From the IMG/VR virus record IMGVR_UViG_3300017991_000058: a stretch of DNA of 20,000 nucleotides; one strand, written 5' to 3'. This document shows, piece by piece, positions 1 to 8,597 of this stretch. This DNA is from an uncultured virus (IMG/VR IMGVR_UViG_3300017991_000058). Its lineage: Duplodnaviria > Heunggongvirae > Uroviricota > Caudoviricetes. Every line of letters begins with the position of its first letter. The first letter of the stretch is position 1. The notes under the pieces were generated by a model. That model did not search any database. It saw only the letters and a list, made by a program, of their open reading frames with translations, and had not been told where the DNA came from. The translations under genes and the position numbers were made by a program.

Positions 1-640
1 ACGCTTCTTTAGTGAGATTCTCGTCCACGAATATGCAGTACGGGTCCGGATCTCCGGCGGCGACGTTGCGGAGGTCGTCTATTGAAATCACCGACCTGAG
101 CGAATTCGGGTTGTTGAACTCAACCGAGCAGAACCCGTACTCGCCCGCCGGACTCGGCGAGTCGTCGAACGCCGTATGGATGAGGTTCGGCGTCCCTGCG
201 CTCGTGAACAGAGGGTCCGCGGAGTCCCACGGCTGAGTCTCGTCGACAGCTGTCGCACGACTCGTCGCGCTCCCGCCGGTGAACGAGGCCGTCCGCGAGT
301 AGTAGATCGACCAGTTGTCGTCGTCTCCGTCGCCGTCGAACTCCCTGCGGCGGATCTCGATCTCCCGGTTCCCGTCCGGGTCTCTCAGGACGAACCAGCA
401 GTTCCCGGAGCCCATCGCCTCGAGACCGCTCCCGAGCCCGACGTTCTGCCCGGGTCCGGACTTGACGATGTCGTCTCCGCGGACGACCTGGGCGAACACG
501 TCGTCGGTGTCGAAGACCCCCCCGTTGCCGCTCCCGGACCTCGTGCACGCCCAGCCGGCCAGCTGGGCCGTCTTCAGGATCGAGAACGGATGTGCGTTCC
601 CCGTGTTGTGGACGTAGTTGAGATTCCGATGGATGGTCAT
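1..640 (-). CDS. Hypothetical, probably structural (baseplate/fibre-associated) protein, 3'-truncated by the window edge
   Basis: Not in the ORF track because there is no stop in the window. ATG at 640, open for 213 codons to the edge: MTIHRNLNYVHNTGNAHPFSILKTAQLAGWACTRSGSG...CWFVLRDPDGNREIEIRR...WSIYYSRTASFTGGSATSRATAVDE... High GC3 in the 5' part; same strand as the operon. Confidence 0.8.
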   Translation of the reverse strand, partial: MTIHRNLNYVHNTGNAHPFSILKTAQLAGWACTRSGSGNGGVFDTDDVFAQVVRGDDIVKSGPGQNVGLGSGLEAMGSGNCWFVLRDPDGNREIEIRRREFDGDGDDDNWSIYYSRTASFTGGSATSRATAVDETQPWDSADPLFTSAGTPNLIHTAFDDSPSPAGEYGFCSVEFNNPNSLRSVISIDDLRNVAAGDPDPYCIFVDENLTKEA

Positions 641-658
641 CAGCTGGTCCCGTCGCCT

Positions 659-688
659 AGCCTAGCACTGCCCGGCGGACCCCGACAA
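659..688 (-). promoter_or_regulatory. Candidate sigma70-type promoter TTGTCG-N18-TAGGCT with extended -10 TG
   Basis: Minus strand -35 TTGTCG (688-683) and TGcTAGGCT (667-659) in the 54-nt gap upstream of ATG 640. Confidence 0.5.
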
Positions 689-694
689 GGCGGT

Positions 695-1390
695 CTATAT
701 CGGGATCGTCTCCCGAACGGACCTGAGGACGGCGACCAGCGCGCTGAGCTGGTCTGCCGCGACGCCGACCTCGTCCCCTAGGTCGCCCAGAGTCGGGATC
801 TCGGGCATCCCGGGAACAAGAGACCCGAAGGTGTTGATCATGCCTATCAGGCCGTCGACGGGCCCGGCGCTTGCCTTGACGTTGGCGAGCTGGGCTGCGA
901 GCTGCTCCGACGCGCACTCCGTCGCCTGGCGCAGAGCGTCGAGGTTCTCGTTCTCGGCGACGGCTATGGCCGCCTGGATTCTGGCCTCCTGGGCCGCGAG
1001 AACGTCCAGCGCGGAGGCCATCCCGTCCATGTACGTCAGGACGACGTCGACCAGATCGAGGATCATCGCCGGGACGGACAGCTGAGGAACGAGCGCGGCC
1101 AGTTGGCTCAGCTTGTCGGTCAGCTCGGACGCCGCGTCCGCGATGTCGAACGGGTCGGACACGAGCGCCGTGACGAGGTCGCCGAGGGCGGTCAGGGCCC
1201 CGATGACGTCGAAGATCGGCGACAGCGGGGCCATCGCCGCCGTCGACTGCGCCATGAGCTGCTGGGCGAGCTCGAGCGGCGGGGCGTCCACGCCCGGCAG
1301 GGATGCGCAGACGCGAACCCCTCCTGGCATCCGGACGCAGAGCTCCCGGTCGCCAACCTCGATCTCCGGACACTCGATCGGGGTCGTCAT
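695..1390 (-). CDS. Hypothetical acidic alpha-helical protein downstream of the spike gene (231 aa)
   Basis: AGGAGG SD before ATG 1390; Ala/Leu/Asp-rich amphipathic helices after a short Cys-containing beta-like N-terminus. Confidence 0.8.
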   Translation of the reverse strand: MTTPIECPEIEVGDRELCVRMPGGVRVCASLPGVDAPPLELAQQLMAQSTAAMAPLSPIFDVIGALTALGDLVTALVSDPFDIADAASELTDKLSQLAALVPQLSVPAMILDLVDVVLTYMDGMASALDVLAAQEARIQAAIAVAENENLDALRQATECASEQLAAQLANVKASAGPVDGLIGMINTFGSLVPGMPEIPTLGDLGDEVGVAADQLSALVAVLRSVRETIPI

Positions 1391-1399
1391 CGCACCCTC

Positions 1400-1981
1400 C
1401 TAGATCGGCTCGGTCCCCGGCTGGACGGGGCGCCCCATTATGGTCACGTTCAGCCCGTCGATCGCGACGGTCCCGACCGCCGATATCCTCACGCTCGACG
1501 TCGCCGAGATCGTCATCTGGCGCGTAAGCCCGTCGTACTCGATGCCGTCGTCGGAGACCTTGTCGCGGATCAGGAGCGCCGGCGTGTCGGCGCTGTCGTC
1601 GAGGACGATGAGCCACCGCGACGACTCGACGACATGGACCGACGGGGCGTCCTCGGCGCTCTTCGCTGTGACCCTGTCGTTGAGCGTCGAGACGCGGCCA
1701 GGGGCCCGCCAGCAGCCCGGGAGGTAGTGGAGCTCGTCGACGTCCCCCTGGTGGCACCAGACGGCGACGTCGGCGCCGACCTCCGGAACAAAGTAGACCC
1801 CGCGCCCCTCGGAGTGACCTCCGCCGACGTTCAGCGGGAGCGCCCATCCGCTCTCCGGCTCGATCAGCCCGGGCACCCGCAGCTTGACCCGCCCCACCTT
1901 CAGGGGGTCGTCGTTCCGGACCACTACCCCTCGGTACACCGCCGTGTGCCTGGGCCCGCCTGCTCCGTCGTGCTCGTCCAT
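1400..1981 (-). CDS. Baseplate central spike, P2 gpV / Gp5 N-terminal OB-fold family (193 aa)
   Basis: YRGVVVRNDDPLKVGRVKLRVP...SGWALP...GVYFVPEVGADVAV...GDVDELHY is the gpV/Gp5 OB-fold signature, followed by short beta-strand repeats; follows the hub gene. Confidence 0.92.
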   Translation of the reverse strand: MDEHDGAGGPRHTAVYRGVVVRNDDPLKVGRVKLRVPGLIEPESGWALPLNVGGGHSEGRGVYFVPEVGADVAVWCHQGDVDELHYLPGCWRAPGRVSTLNDRVTAKSAEDAPSVHVVESSRWLIVLDDSADTPALLIRDKVSDDGIEYDGLTRQMTISATSSVRISAVGTVAIDGLNVTIMGRPVQPGTEPI

Positions 1982-1983
1982 CG

Positions 1984-3402
1984 TCAGTCTCCGCTCGTAG
2001 CCGCCGGCGTCGTCGTCGTCGTCGTCCTGGACCGCGCAGCGCGTCCTGACGGCTGGCCGTACGTGATCGTCGTCCGCCTGGTCTCGGGGTCGACGGTCTC
2101 GTAGGGCGCGGTTGGTCTCGCGTCTCCCGGGCCGTCTCGACGCTCCTCCTCGGACTCCTCTCCCTCCTGCCTGTTGCGCCGCCCCTGGTTAGCCGGCCCG
2201 GGGTCGAGCAGCTCGAGCCCGTCCGCCGCCCTACTGCTGACGGCGTGACCTCCGTGTCCGTCCGACACAGCCTTGACTGTCATCACGTATCCGGACCCGT
2301 CTACGACGTGGGTGACCTCCTTCGTGTAGTACCGGATCGACAGACGGCGCCCCGCCCCGTCGAGCTGAAAGACGGTCTTGGCGTACATCTGCGGGTCGCC
2401 GATGCACTCCATCGTCAGCTTTACGGCCATCTGGCGGTGGCGCCTGGCCCTGGCCCTGGCCTGTCTCGCGGCGACGTCGGGCGAGTGGGTCGACGTCGGG
2501 CGGACCTCGTCCTGGGCGACGTGCTCCTCGTGAGAGTCCGGCTGGCGGTCGTAGTCCGGGTTCACGCTCCCCGTCCGCGTCTCCGGGTCGATAATCTCGA
2601 ACACCGGGGCGAGCGCCGTGTCCCCGCCGGCGGCCGCGCCTCCGGCTCCGGAGTCCCCCTCGACGTCCTCCCCCTCGAGCGGGTTGCGCCCGCGCGTCCT
2701 GACTCGGCCCGGCCTGGCGGTCACGTCGTTCTCGACGTTGATGCTGATGATCTCCCCTGCGTCCCGCGAGGTGTACCAGCGGAACCTCCGGACCGGCCTC
2801 TCGTCCGTCCTGCGCCGGTGGAAGTGGAACCCGTCCCAGTCGACGAAGAACTGGAACCCCTCCTCGTCGGCGAGCTGGCGGACGAACTGGGCGTCGGTCA
2901 TCCGCGCCTGCTGGACGCTCTCGAGGACGACGTCCGTGTCCTCGATCTCCACGTCGCCGAACCCGCTCTCCTGGGCGATCTGACGGACGACGTCGCTCCG
3001 CCGCATGTTCTCGAACAGACGGTTCCGGACGACGCGGTTCATCAGGATGGACCTGGCCTGGGCCTCGACCGTCAGCTCCGTGAACCCCGTGACCTTGGTG
3101 ACGACGAGCTCCCGCGGCGCCGACATCCGCCCCGGATAGCCCCAGGAGGCGCGGATGATGTTCCCCTTCTTCCACACCGGGTCGTCGAAGTTCTGCAGGT
3201 CGTGGTTGTCCACCGTGAGTCGGAGAGTGTCCGCCCTCCTCTCGCTGTCGACGTACGCGAACGACAGGACGCGGATCGCGTTCTGCGGGAGGGGCCTGCC
3301 GCGCCCCTGGGGGTCGACGAGCATCAGCTCGGACTCCCCGGCCTCCGACTCGACCGTCACCCAGAACTGGGGCTCGGTCCGGATGAACGGGCGCAGGCTC
3401 AT
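1984..3402 (-). CDS. Baseplate hub, phage late control D (gpD) family (472 aa)
   Basis: ADTLRLTVDN, IRASWGYPG, RSDVVRQIA, QARMTDAQFVRQLADEEGFQFFVD, IGDPQMYA, YYTKEVTHVVDGSGY. Start moved from 3537 to ATG 3402, which overlaps the LysM gene stop (ATGA). Confidence 0.9.
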   Translation of the reverse strand: MSLRPFIRTEPQFWVTVESEAGESELMLVDPQGRGRPLPQNAIRVLSFAYVDSERRADTLRLTVDNHDLQNFDDPVWKKGNIIRASWGYPGRMSAPRELVVTKVTGFTELTVEAQARSILMNRVVRNRLFENMRRSDVVRQIAQESGFGDVEIEDTDVVLESVQQARMTDAQFVRQLADEEGFQFFVDWDGFHFHRRRTDERPVRRFRWYTSRDAGEIISINVENDVTARPGRVRTRGRNPLEGEDVEGDSGAGGAAAGGDTALAPVFEIIDPETRTGSVNPDYDRQPDSHEEHVAQDEVRPTSTHSPDVAARQARARARRHRQMAVKLTMECIGDPQMYAKTVFQLDGAGRRLSIRYYTKEVTHVVDGSGYVMTVKAVSDGHGGHAVSSRAADGLELLDPGPANQGRRNRQEGEESEEERRDGPGDARPTAPYETVDPETRRTTITYGQPSGRAARSRTTTTTTPAATSGD

Positions 3403-3746
3403 CCCGTCAGCCTGCGCTCTGATGAGAACACGCGCTCTTCGACCACGCGGAGAGACGGGACGACGACGATGCTTCCGACGGCGAGCTCGACCGTCGGATC
3501 GTGGATCGGCTGAGGCTGGAAGTCGGCGATCACCCACCAGAGACCGGACGGTCTCGGCAGCCCCCTGTAGTACCGACCGGCGAGCGTCCAGAGCGTGTCG
3601 CCCGCCTCGACGACGTGGGCCTCGCTGTCCGACAGCTGCTCGAACGGGAACGACTTCCGCTCGGTCAGAAACAGCTCGTCCTCTCCGAGGTCGTCGAGCC
3701 GCGTCCCCTTGGTGAAGATGTGGCGGCTTCGCTCTCTCGGAGGCAT
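3399..3746 (-). CDS. LysM-domain baseplate protein (P2 gpX-like, 115 aa)
   Basis: HVVEAGDTLWTLAGRYY...LWWVIADFQ...IHDPTVELAVGSIVVVPS; lies between the tube initiator and hub genes. Confidence 0.9.
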   Translation of the reverse strand: MPPRERSRHIFTKGTRLDDLGEDELFLTERKSFPFEQLSDSEAHVVEAGDTLWTLAGRYYRGLPRPSGLWWVIADFQPQPIHDPTVELAVGSIVVVPSLRVVEERVFSSERRLTG

Positions 3747-4322
3747 CTACTCGACTCCCTCGTGCGGGTTTGGACGGAACTTCAGGGCGGCCGGAATGTC
3801 GCCGCCGGGCACGTGCCCGTACCTGAGCCCGGTGTCCCGCCTGACCTCCCGGCTCGTCAGGCGGGTGTCTCTGATCTCCTCGAGCTGGACGGTGGCGCGA
3901 GACACCCTGGCCTGACCGTACCTGTTGAACTCCTCGTGGACGAACCGAACTCGACGGACGACGCAGACGATCGATAGCATCCTGGGCCAGACGAACAGGA
4001 CGCGCGGCGCCGCCCCTCCTGCGACCGTCTCGGCTCGCCCGCGCGGGAACTCCAGGCTCTTCAAGAACCGCCTGTCCTGCCGCATCTTCTCGAGCTCGTC
4101 GGACGACGTCCCGCGCCAGAAAAGCTCGACGTCGAACGACTCGTTTCCCGTGTGGATGAACTGGAGCGGCTGATGCGAGTAGCCCGGGACGACCAGCTTG
4201 TTCCAGGTCGCCGCGATGTCCTCCTCGAGACGCTCCGGGTTGAACTGGGCGCGCATCGTTTCGTTCGTGTTCAGGTTCGTCAGCGTGACCCTCGACGGGT
4301 CCTGGCGCTGGCTGAGGGCCAT
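3747..4322 (-). CDS. Tail tube initiator / CIS tube-like protein (P2 gpU-like, 191 aa)
   Basis: AQFNPERLEE, PLQFIHTG, APRVLFVWP, SRATVQLEE motifs; immediately after the tape measure; GAGGAG SD. Confidence 0.82.
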   Translation of the reverse strand: MALSQRQDPSRVTLTNLNTNETMRAQFNPERLEEDIAATWNKLVVPGYSHQPLQFIHTGNESFDVELFWRGTSSDELEKMRQDRRFLKSLEFPRGRAETVAGGAAPRVLFVWPRMLSIVCVVRRVRFVHEEFNRYGQARVSRATVQLEEIRDTRLTSREVRRDTGLRYGHVPGGDIPAALKFRPNPHEGVE

Positions 4323-4325
4323 CGA

Positions 4326-7001
4326 CTACTCCTCCCCCACGCCGACGGGCAGGAAGGACCCGGCGCCGATGGTCCGCGCCCCGGCCCGCGCCGCTCGCGC
4401 GATCGTCTCCGCCCCGACCTGGACGGTGATCGGCTGGCTCGCCGCCGCCCGAAGGGCCCCGACGGCCTCGCGCAGCATGGACGTCGCCTCCCTAGTCGCG
4501 CTCGACTCCGGTGCCGCCGCCGGGCGCCCGGCGGCGGCCCTGGCGGCCACGACGGCCGGCTGGGCGGACGGTCCTGGGGCGACGGACCCGCCGCGTCTTC
4601 GTGCCTTCAGGGCCGTCGAGGCCGTCCTGGTGGCCATCCCCTCCGCCTGGGCCTGGCCGTACCTGACGACGCCGCCGAGCCCCAGAGCTCCGCGGACGGG
4701 GGCGGGGATCACGCTCAGCATCCCGGCGACTCTCGACGTGATGAACGCGACGACGCTCCCCACCTGCTGCTTGAGCCTCCACCACGCCCCGATCGCCGAG
4801 TTGACGGCTGAGTTCATCCCACCGAACGCGGCGGCGAACGTCCGCTGCAGCCACGTCACGGCGCGGACGTACAGCCCTATGGCCCTGAGGATGGTTCCGA
4901 TCGCGTGGGCGGCCAGCACCAGCGACGGGACGACGACGTCGGCGAAGACTCGTCCGAAGTCCTCGGCGGCGCTGGCGCCCCTCCGCCCGGAGCTCGCGAC
5001 GTCCTCCTGGTACCCGAACGCGGCGCGGAGCGCCTGCGACACCTGGGCTATGGACTCCGCCAGGAACCCCCACGCCCGCCGCAGGTCGCCCGATCTGGCC
5101 TGGAACCGCTTGACGACTCCCGTGAGGAACTGGACGACCTGTCTGACGACGTCTATGACGACGACGACGGATCGTCCGACGGATCGGCCGATCTCCACGC
5201 CGTGCTTCAGAAACCGCTGCATGGGAGTCCCGGCGGCGTCGTCCAGACCGTCGCCGACGATCCCGAGCGCCCGCCCGAGCTCCCGGAGCGCTCGGACGAG
5301 GGCCTTCCCGGCGGGAGCCCCAGCCGACAGGGCCTCTCGGAAACCGCGACCCACCGCTGTGAGCGTGCGGCGGAGCCTCGTGACGAGGGCGAAGACGTTG
5401 ATGACGAACCGGCGCAGCCCCCTGTTCTCCGCCCGCCCGAGCTCCTCCGACACGGCCTTCGAGAACCCTCCCTGGCTGAACAGCTCCCGCAGCGACCGGT
5501 ACGCCAGACGGGCCCTCCCGACGGCCCGCTGGAAGAAGTCGCCGAGCCCGCCTACGTTCCGACGGACGGACACGCCTAGCGCGACGATCCCGGCCGCCAG
5601 CGAGGCGACCGCCCCGACGACTGGCATTGTCGCGAGGAGGACGACGCCCATCGTGATGGCCATGGTCTCGAGGAACGGGATCGTAAGGGCGACGATGAAC
5701 CCGATCGTCCCGAGCCCGCCGAACGCCGCGATCATCCCGGTGATCGCCATCGCGATGGCCGCGACGGACGTCTGGAGCGGCTCGGGGAGAGCCGTCCAGA
5801 ACCGGATGACCGCGTTCAGCGTGTCCGTCAGCGCGGTGACGAACGGGCGGATGACGCGCGCGAAGGCGTCGCCGAACACGACCTGCAGAGTCTGGATCGT
5901 CCCCTGGAGGAGCCGCTGCTGCCCGGCGAACGTGTCGAGCATGATGTCCCGGAACTCGGCGGCGGTCCCGGCCGCCCCCTCCATCGTCCCGCGGAGGTAC
6001 TCCATCGCCTCCGCTCCCCGGACGATCTCGCCGGAGGCGTTCCGGACGCCCTGCCTGAGCTGACGCCCGACCGCCGTCGCGGCGACGAGACCGAACCGGC
6101 CGAACAGCCTGGAGAACACGGCCCCCCGCTCGGCCGCGTCCGCGTAGCGCGTCCCGGCCGCCTCGGACGCCTCGAGAATGACGTCCATGAAGTTCCTCAT
6201 CCTTGTCGTCCCGTCCTCGAGAGCCTCGGTCACCTCGACGCCGAGCGTTCGGCGGATCTCCTGCGCGTTGCGGGTCATGAAGATCAGGGCGGACGAGACG
6301 CCGGACGCCGCGACGGACGCCTGGACTCCGGTGTTCCTTACGAGGCCCATCGCGATGAGCATCTCGTTCATGTTCTGCTCTGTCAGCCCGGCACCGCGGG
6401 AGACGTTCCCGAGAGCGAGGGCGAGCTCGTTGGCCTGGAGAGCCGTAATGTTCGATATCCGGAGGAGGCGGTCGGCGGCGAGCGTGGCCTGGCCGGCTTC
6501 GAGTCCGAAGACCCTGAGCGCGGAGCCGACCGTCTGGGCGCTCTCCGCAACGCCGATCGCCCCGCCGGCCGCGAAGTCTAGGACGCCGCTCAGGGCGGAG
6601 ATCGACTCCTGGGCCTGGAAGCCTCGGACGCCGAGCTCTCCGAGCCCCTGGACGGCCTCCGTAGGCGAGAACTGGGTCGCTATCCCGGCCCGGATCGCCG
6701 CCTCCCGCAGGTTGCCCAACTCCCCGGTCGTCGCCCTCGTGATCGCCCTGACGCGGGCCAGCCCCTCCCCGAACTCACCGGATATGTTGGCCAGCGCCAT
6801 GGCTCCGCGGAGCCCGGCGATCCCGGTGGCCATCGTGGCAAGAGACGCTCCGACGCCGATCGCCGCGGCCTGGATTATGCCGCTCGCGAGCCTGGCTCGA
6901 GCCGCCTGCCGGTCGAACGCTCCGCCGACCCGCTGGATCGTCTGCGTCGCCCTGTCGCGAGCGGTGAAGACGAACCCTAGCCCGAGGTTGTTGAGAGCCA
7001 T
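4326..7001 (-). CDS. Tail tape measure protein, TP901 family core (891 aa)
   Basis: LREAAIRAGIATQFSPTEAVQGLGELGVRGF...ALSGVLDFAAGG core; Ala/Gly-rich helical sequence with a central hydrophobic stretch; follows the chaperone genes. Confidence 0.95.
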   Translation of the reverse strand: MALNNLGLGFVFTARDRATQTIQRVGGAFDRQAARARLASGIIQAAAIGVGASLATMATGIAGLRGAMALANISGEFGEGLARVRAITRATTGELGNLREAAIRAGIATQFSPTEAVQGLGELGVRGFQAQESISALSGVLDFAAGGAIGVAESAQTVGSALRVFGLEAGQATLAADRLLRISNITALQANELALALGNVSRGAGLTEQNMNEMLIAMGLVRNTGVQASVAASGVSSALIFMTRNAQEIRRTLGVEVTEALEDGTTRMRNFMDVILEASEAAGTRYADAAERGAVFSRLFGRFGLVAATAVGRQLRQGVRNASGEIVRGAEAMEYLRGTMEGAAGTAAEFRDIMLDTFAGQQRLLQGTIQTLQVVFGDAFARVIRPFVTALTDTLNAVIRFWTALPEPLQTSVAAIAMAITGMIAAFGGLGTIGFIVALTIPFLETMAITMGVVLLATMPVVGAVASLAAGIVALGVSVRRNVGGLGDFFQRAVGRARLAYRSLRELFSQGGFSKAVSEELGRAENRGLRRFVINVFALVTRLRRTLTAVGRGFREALSAGAPAGKALVRALRELGRALGIVGDGLDDAAGTPMQRFLKHGVEIGRSVGRSVVVVIDVVRQVVQFLTGVVKRFQARSGDLRRAWGFLAESIAQVSQALRAAFGYQEDVASSGRRGASAAEDFGRVFADVVVPSLVLAAHAIGTILRAIGLYVRAVTWLQRTFAAAFGGMNSAVNSAIGAWWRLKQQVGSVVAFITSRVAGMLSVIPAPVRGALGLGGVVRYGQAQAEGMATRTASTALKARRRGGSVAPGPSAQPAVVAARAAAGRPAAAPESSATREATSMLREAVGALRAAASQPITVQVGAETIARAARAGARTIGAGSFLPVGVGEE

Positions 7002-7009
7002 CGACCCTT

Positions 7010-7015
7010 AGTCTA
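7010..7015 (-). promoter_or_regulatory. Candidate -10 element TAGACT, 8 nt upstream of the tape measure ATG
   Basis: Lies in a 34-nt gap; no well-spaced SD and no convincing -35. Confidence 0.3.
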
Positions 7016-7035
7016 CATGACGACGGCCGCCATCA

Positions 7036-7395
7036 CTACCGCTTGGTGGCGCGCTTCATCGCCTCCGCCTCCCGGCGCCGCTGCTCCTCGAGCCAGTCCA
7101 GGGCCTCGTCTATCTCGCCCAGCGACATGTCGAGGACGTCTGCTCTGGTGAACGAGTAGCCAGACCCCCCGTGGATCGTGTAGCAGAGCATTCGGACCGC
7201 TCCCCAGAGATCCTCGGCGTCGATCTCAGAGAACAGCCCGAACAGGCTCAGAGGTTCTCGTCTCGGCCGTCCCGCGGCAGCGCCTGCCCATCCCCCGCCT
7301 CCGACGGCCGCGTTCCACGTGCCGACATCTTTCGACGGCGGCGACGGCGGCGGCGCTCGTTCGGCTTCTGGGGGACGAACATGCGCTGCAAGTCC
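7036..7395 (-). CDS. Tail assembly chaperone C-terminal extension (lambda gpT-like), reached by -1 frameshift
   Basis: The -1 frame after the slippery site encodes ...LFGLFSEIDAEDLWGAVRMLCYTIHGGSGYSFTRADVLDMSLGEIDEALDWLEEQRRREAEAMKR, a typical helical T segment. The 5' part of the listed 7036..8064 ORF is shadow sequence. Confidence 0.75.
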   Translation of the reverse strand, partial: GLAAHVRPPEAERAPPPSPPSKDVGTWNAAVGGGGWAGAAAGRPRREPLSLFGLFSEIDAEDLWGAVRMLCYTIHGGSGYSFTRADVLDMSLGEIDEALDWLEEQRRREAEAMKRATKR

Positions 7396-8081
7396 AAAGG
7401 GAGGTCGATCTCCCACTCGCCTCCGCAGCTCGGACAGTAGACGTCGAAGGCCGTCTCGACCCCTCCGTCGACGTCGTCCATGTCGTCGATGAGGTCCTGG
7501 ACGTCTCCCATCGACAGGTCGTTCAGGTGGGCCGTCAGCTCCTCCTTCGGAACGCCGTCGACGTCGAGGACGCGGGTCATCATGGACGCCACCACGACGT
7601 CGTCGGTCCCCTTGAGCACCTCGATCGCACGGATCTGGTCCCGCCCCGTCATGAGCTTGAACCGGACCTTGCGGCCGGCGAGCTCGGTCTCGAATCGGTT
7701 GTCGCCGGCGGCGACCTTGGCGACGGACTCGTCCGGAAGTCGGCGGACCGGGAGCTCTAGCAGGGGCAGGTCCCAGACGAACTTGTGACCACAGCTCGGG
7801 CAGCGAACGTCCAGCTCCTCCATTTCGCCGTACGTCGCGACGCGGATCATCAGCAGGGCGAAGATTCTGTCGCACGCGAGGACCTGCTGCCAGTCGACCC
7901 GATCCCGCGGAAACGCGTACGGCCCGAGCTCGATCGTCTCGAGCCAGCACGCCCGGAGGATCGAGTCGGCGGCCCTCCCTGACCTTATGGCTCTCGCGTC
8001 GGCGAGGATGCCGGCCGACTCGGCCTTGAAGTGACGGGCCCGTCCGACGAATCCGGACGGGCACTCGATGATGCGCTCCAT
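7248..8081 (-). CDS. Tail assembly chaperone with two CxxC motifs (T4 baseplate-hub-chaperone-like, 277 aa)
   Basis: Between tube and tape measure; DRIFALLMIRVATYG, RCPSCG, VRFKLMTGRDQ, LSMGDVQDL, YCPSCG. Confidence 0.82.
   Translation of the reverse strand: MERIIECPSGFVGRARHFKAESAGILADARAIRSGRAADSILRACWLETIELGPYAFPRDRVDWQQVLACDRIFALLMIRVATYGEMEELDVRCPSCGHKFVWDLPLLELPVRRLPDESVAKVAAGDNRFETELAGRKVRFKLMTGRDQIRAIEVLKGTDDVVVASMMTRVLDVDGVPKEELTAHLNDLSMGDVQDLIDDMDDVDGGVETAFDVYCPSCGGEWEIDLPLDLQRMFVPQKPNERRRRRRRRKMSARGTRPSEAGDGQALPRDGRDENL
7395..7401 (-). other. Programmed -1 ribosomal frameshift heptamer C-CCT-TTG
   Basis: X XXY YYZ in the correct phase (CTC CCT TTG) in the chaperone ORF; the downstream ORF is exactly in the -1 frame. 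Confidence 0.75.
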
Positions 8082-8099
8082 GCCCTTCCCCTCAGCACG

Positions 8100-8117
8100 G
8101 CGCGCCGCTCGGCGCGC
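8100..8117 (-). terminator. GC hairpin directly after the tube gene (no U-tract; pause, stabiliser or weak terminator)
   Basis: GCGCGCC-GAGC-GGCGCGC, 7-bp stem, 3 nt after the TAA stop. Confidence 0.45.
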
Positions 8118-8120
8118 GGG

Positions 8121-8585
8121 TTACTGGATCAGCTCCGGGTAGTCGTAGCGGAGGACGACGGACTCGATGACGTTCTCGTCGGCCTCGTTGTCCCAGCTGC
8201 CCGCCACGAACCGCTTGATGAAGGCGTTGTGCAGCCGCCACCGCCTGAGGACCGTCCCGTCCCTGTCGAACTGGACGACGTCGACCATCCGCTTGTACTG
8301 GGCGTCGACGAGACCGGCGTTGATCGCCAAGTTCGCGCAGTCGAGCATCCAGTCGTACAGGTCGTGGTCCTGGGTCGCCCCCCGCTCGAGCGTGACGTCC
8401 TCGACGGTCGCGCGGCCGAGAGACTTGTCCGGAATGAGCGTCCCGCCCTCGGAGTGGTCGACGTCGGCGAACTCGACCGCGATGTCCGAACAGGTCCGGA
8501 ACGCGGCAGACCCGAGACCGTCGATCTCGACCTGGAAGGCGAACCGCTTGTGGAAGCTCCTCGGGGTCCCGATGATCCCTGACAT
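8121..8585 (-). CDS. Tail tube protein, T4 gp19-like / TIGR02241 type (154 aa)
   Basis: FAFQVEIDG...AFRTCSDI...EGG...DVTLERG...LYDW...[36 protein letters not shown]; follows the sheath. Confidence 0.95.
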   Translation of the reverse strand: MSGIIGTPRSFHKRFAFQVEIDGLGSAAFRTCSDIAVEFADVDHSEGGTLIPDKSLGRATVEDVTLERGATQDHDLYDWMLDCANLAINAGLVDAQYKRMVDVVQFDRDGTVLRRWRLHNAFIKRFVAGSWDNEADENVIESVVLRYDYPELIQ

Positions 8586-8597
8586 CTCTCAACCTCC

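Noticed and set aside
657..1847. Arg-rich alternative-frame minus ORFs (also 120..548, 2231..3175, 16666..17679, 17774..18895, 19592..19948)
   Set aside because: Out-of-frame readings of real genes; Arg/Gly/Pro composition typical of frame shadows.
3403..3537. N-terminal extension of the hub ORF
   Set aside because: Overlaps the LysM gene out of frame; ATG 3402 gives a canonical ATGA coupling.
7036..7395. Pseudogene or sequencing frameshift in the chaperone
   Set aside because: An in-phase slippery heptamer at the canonical pre-tape-measure position explains it as programmed.
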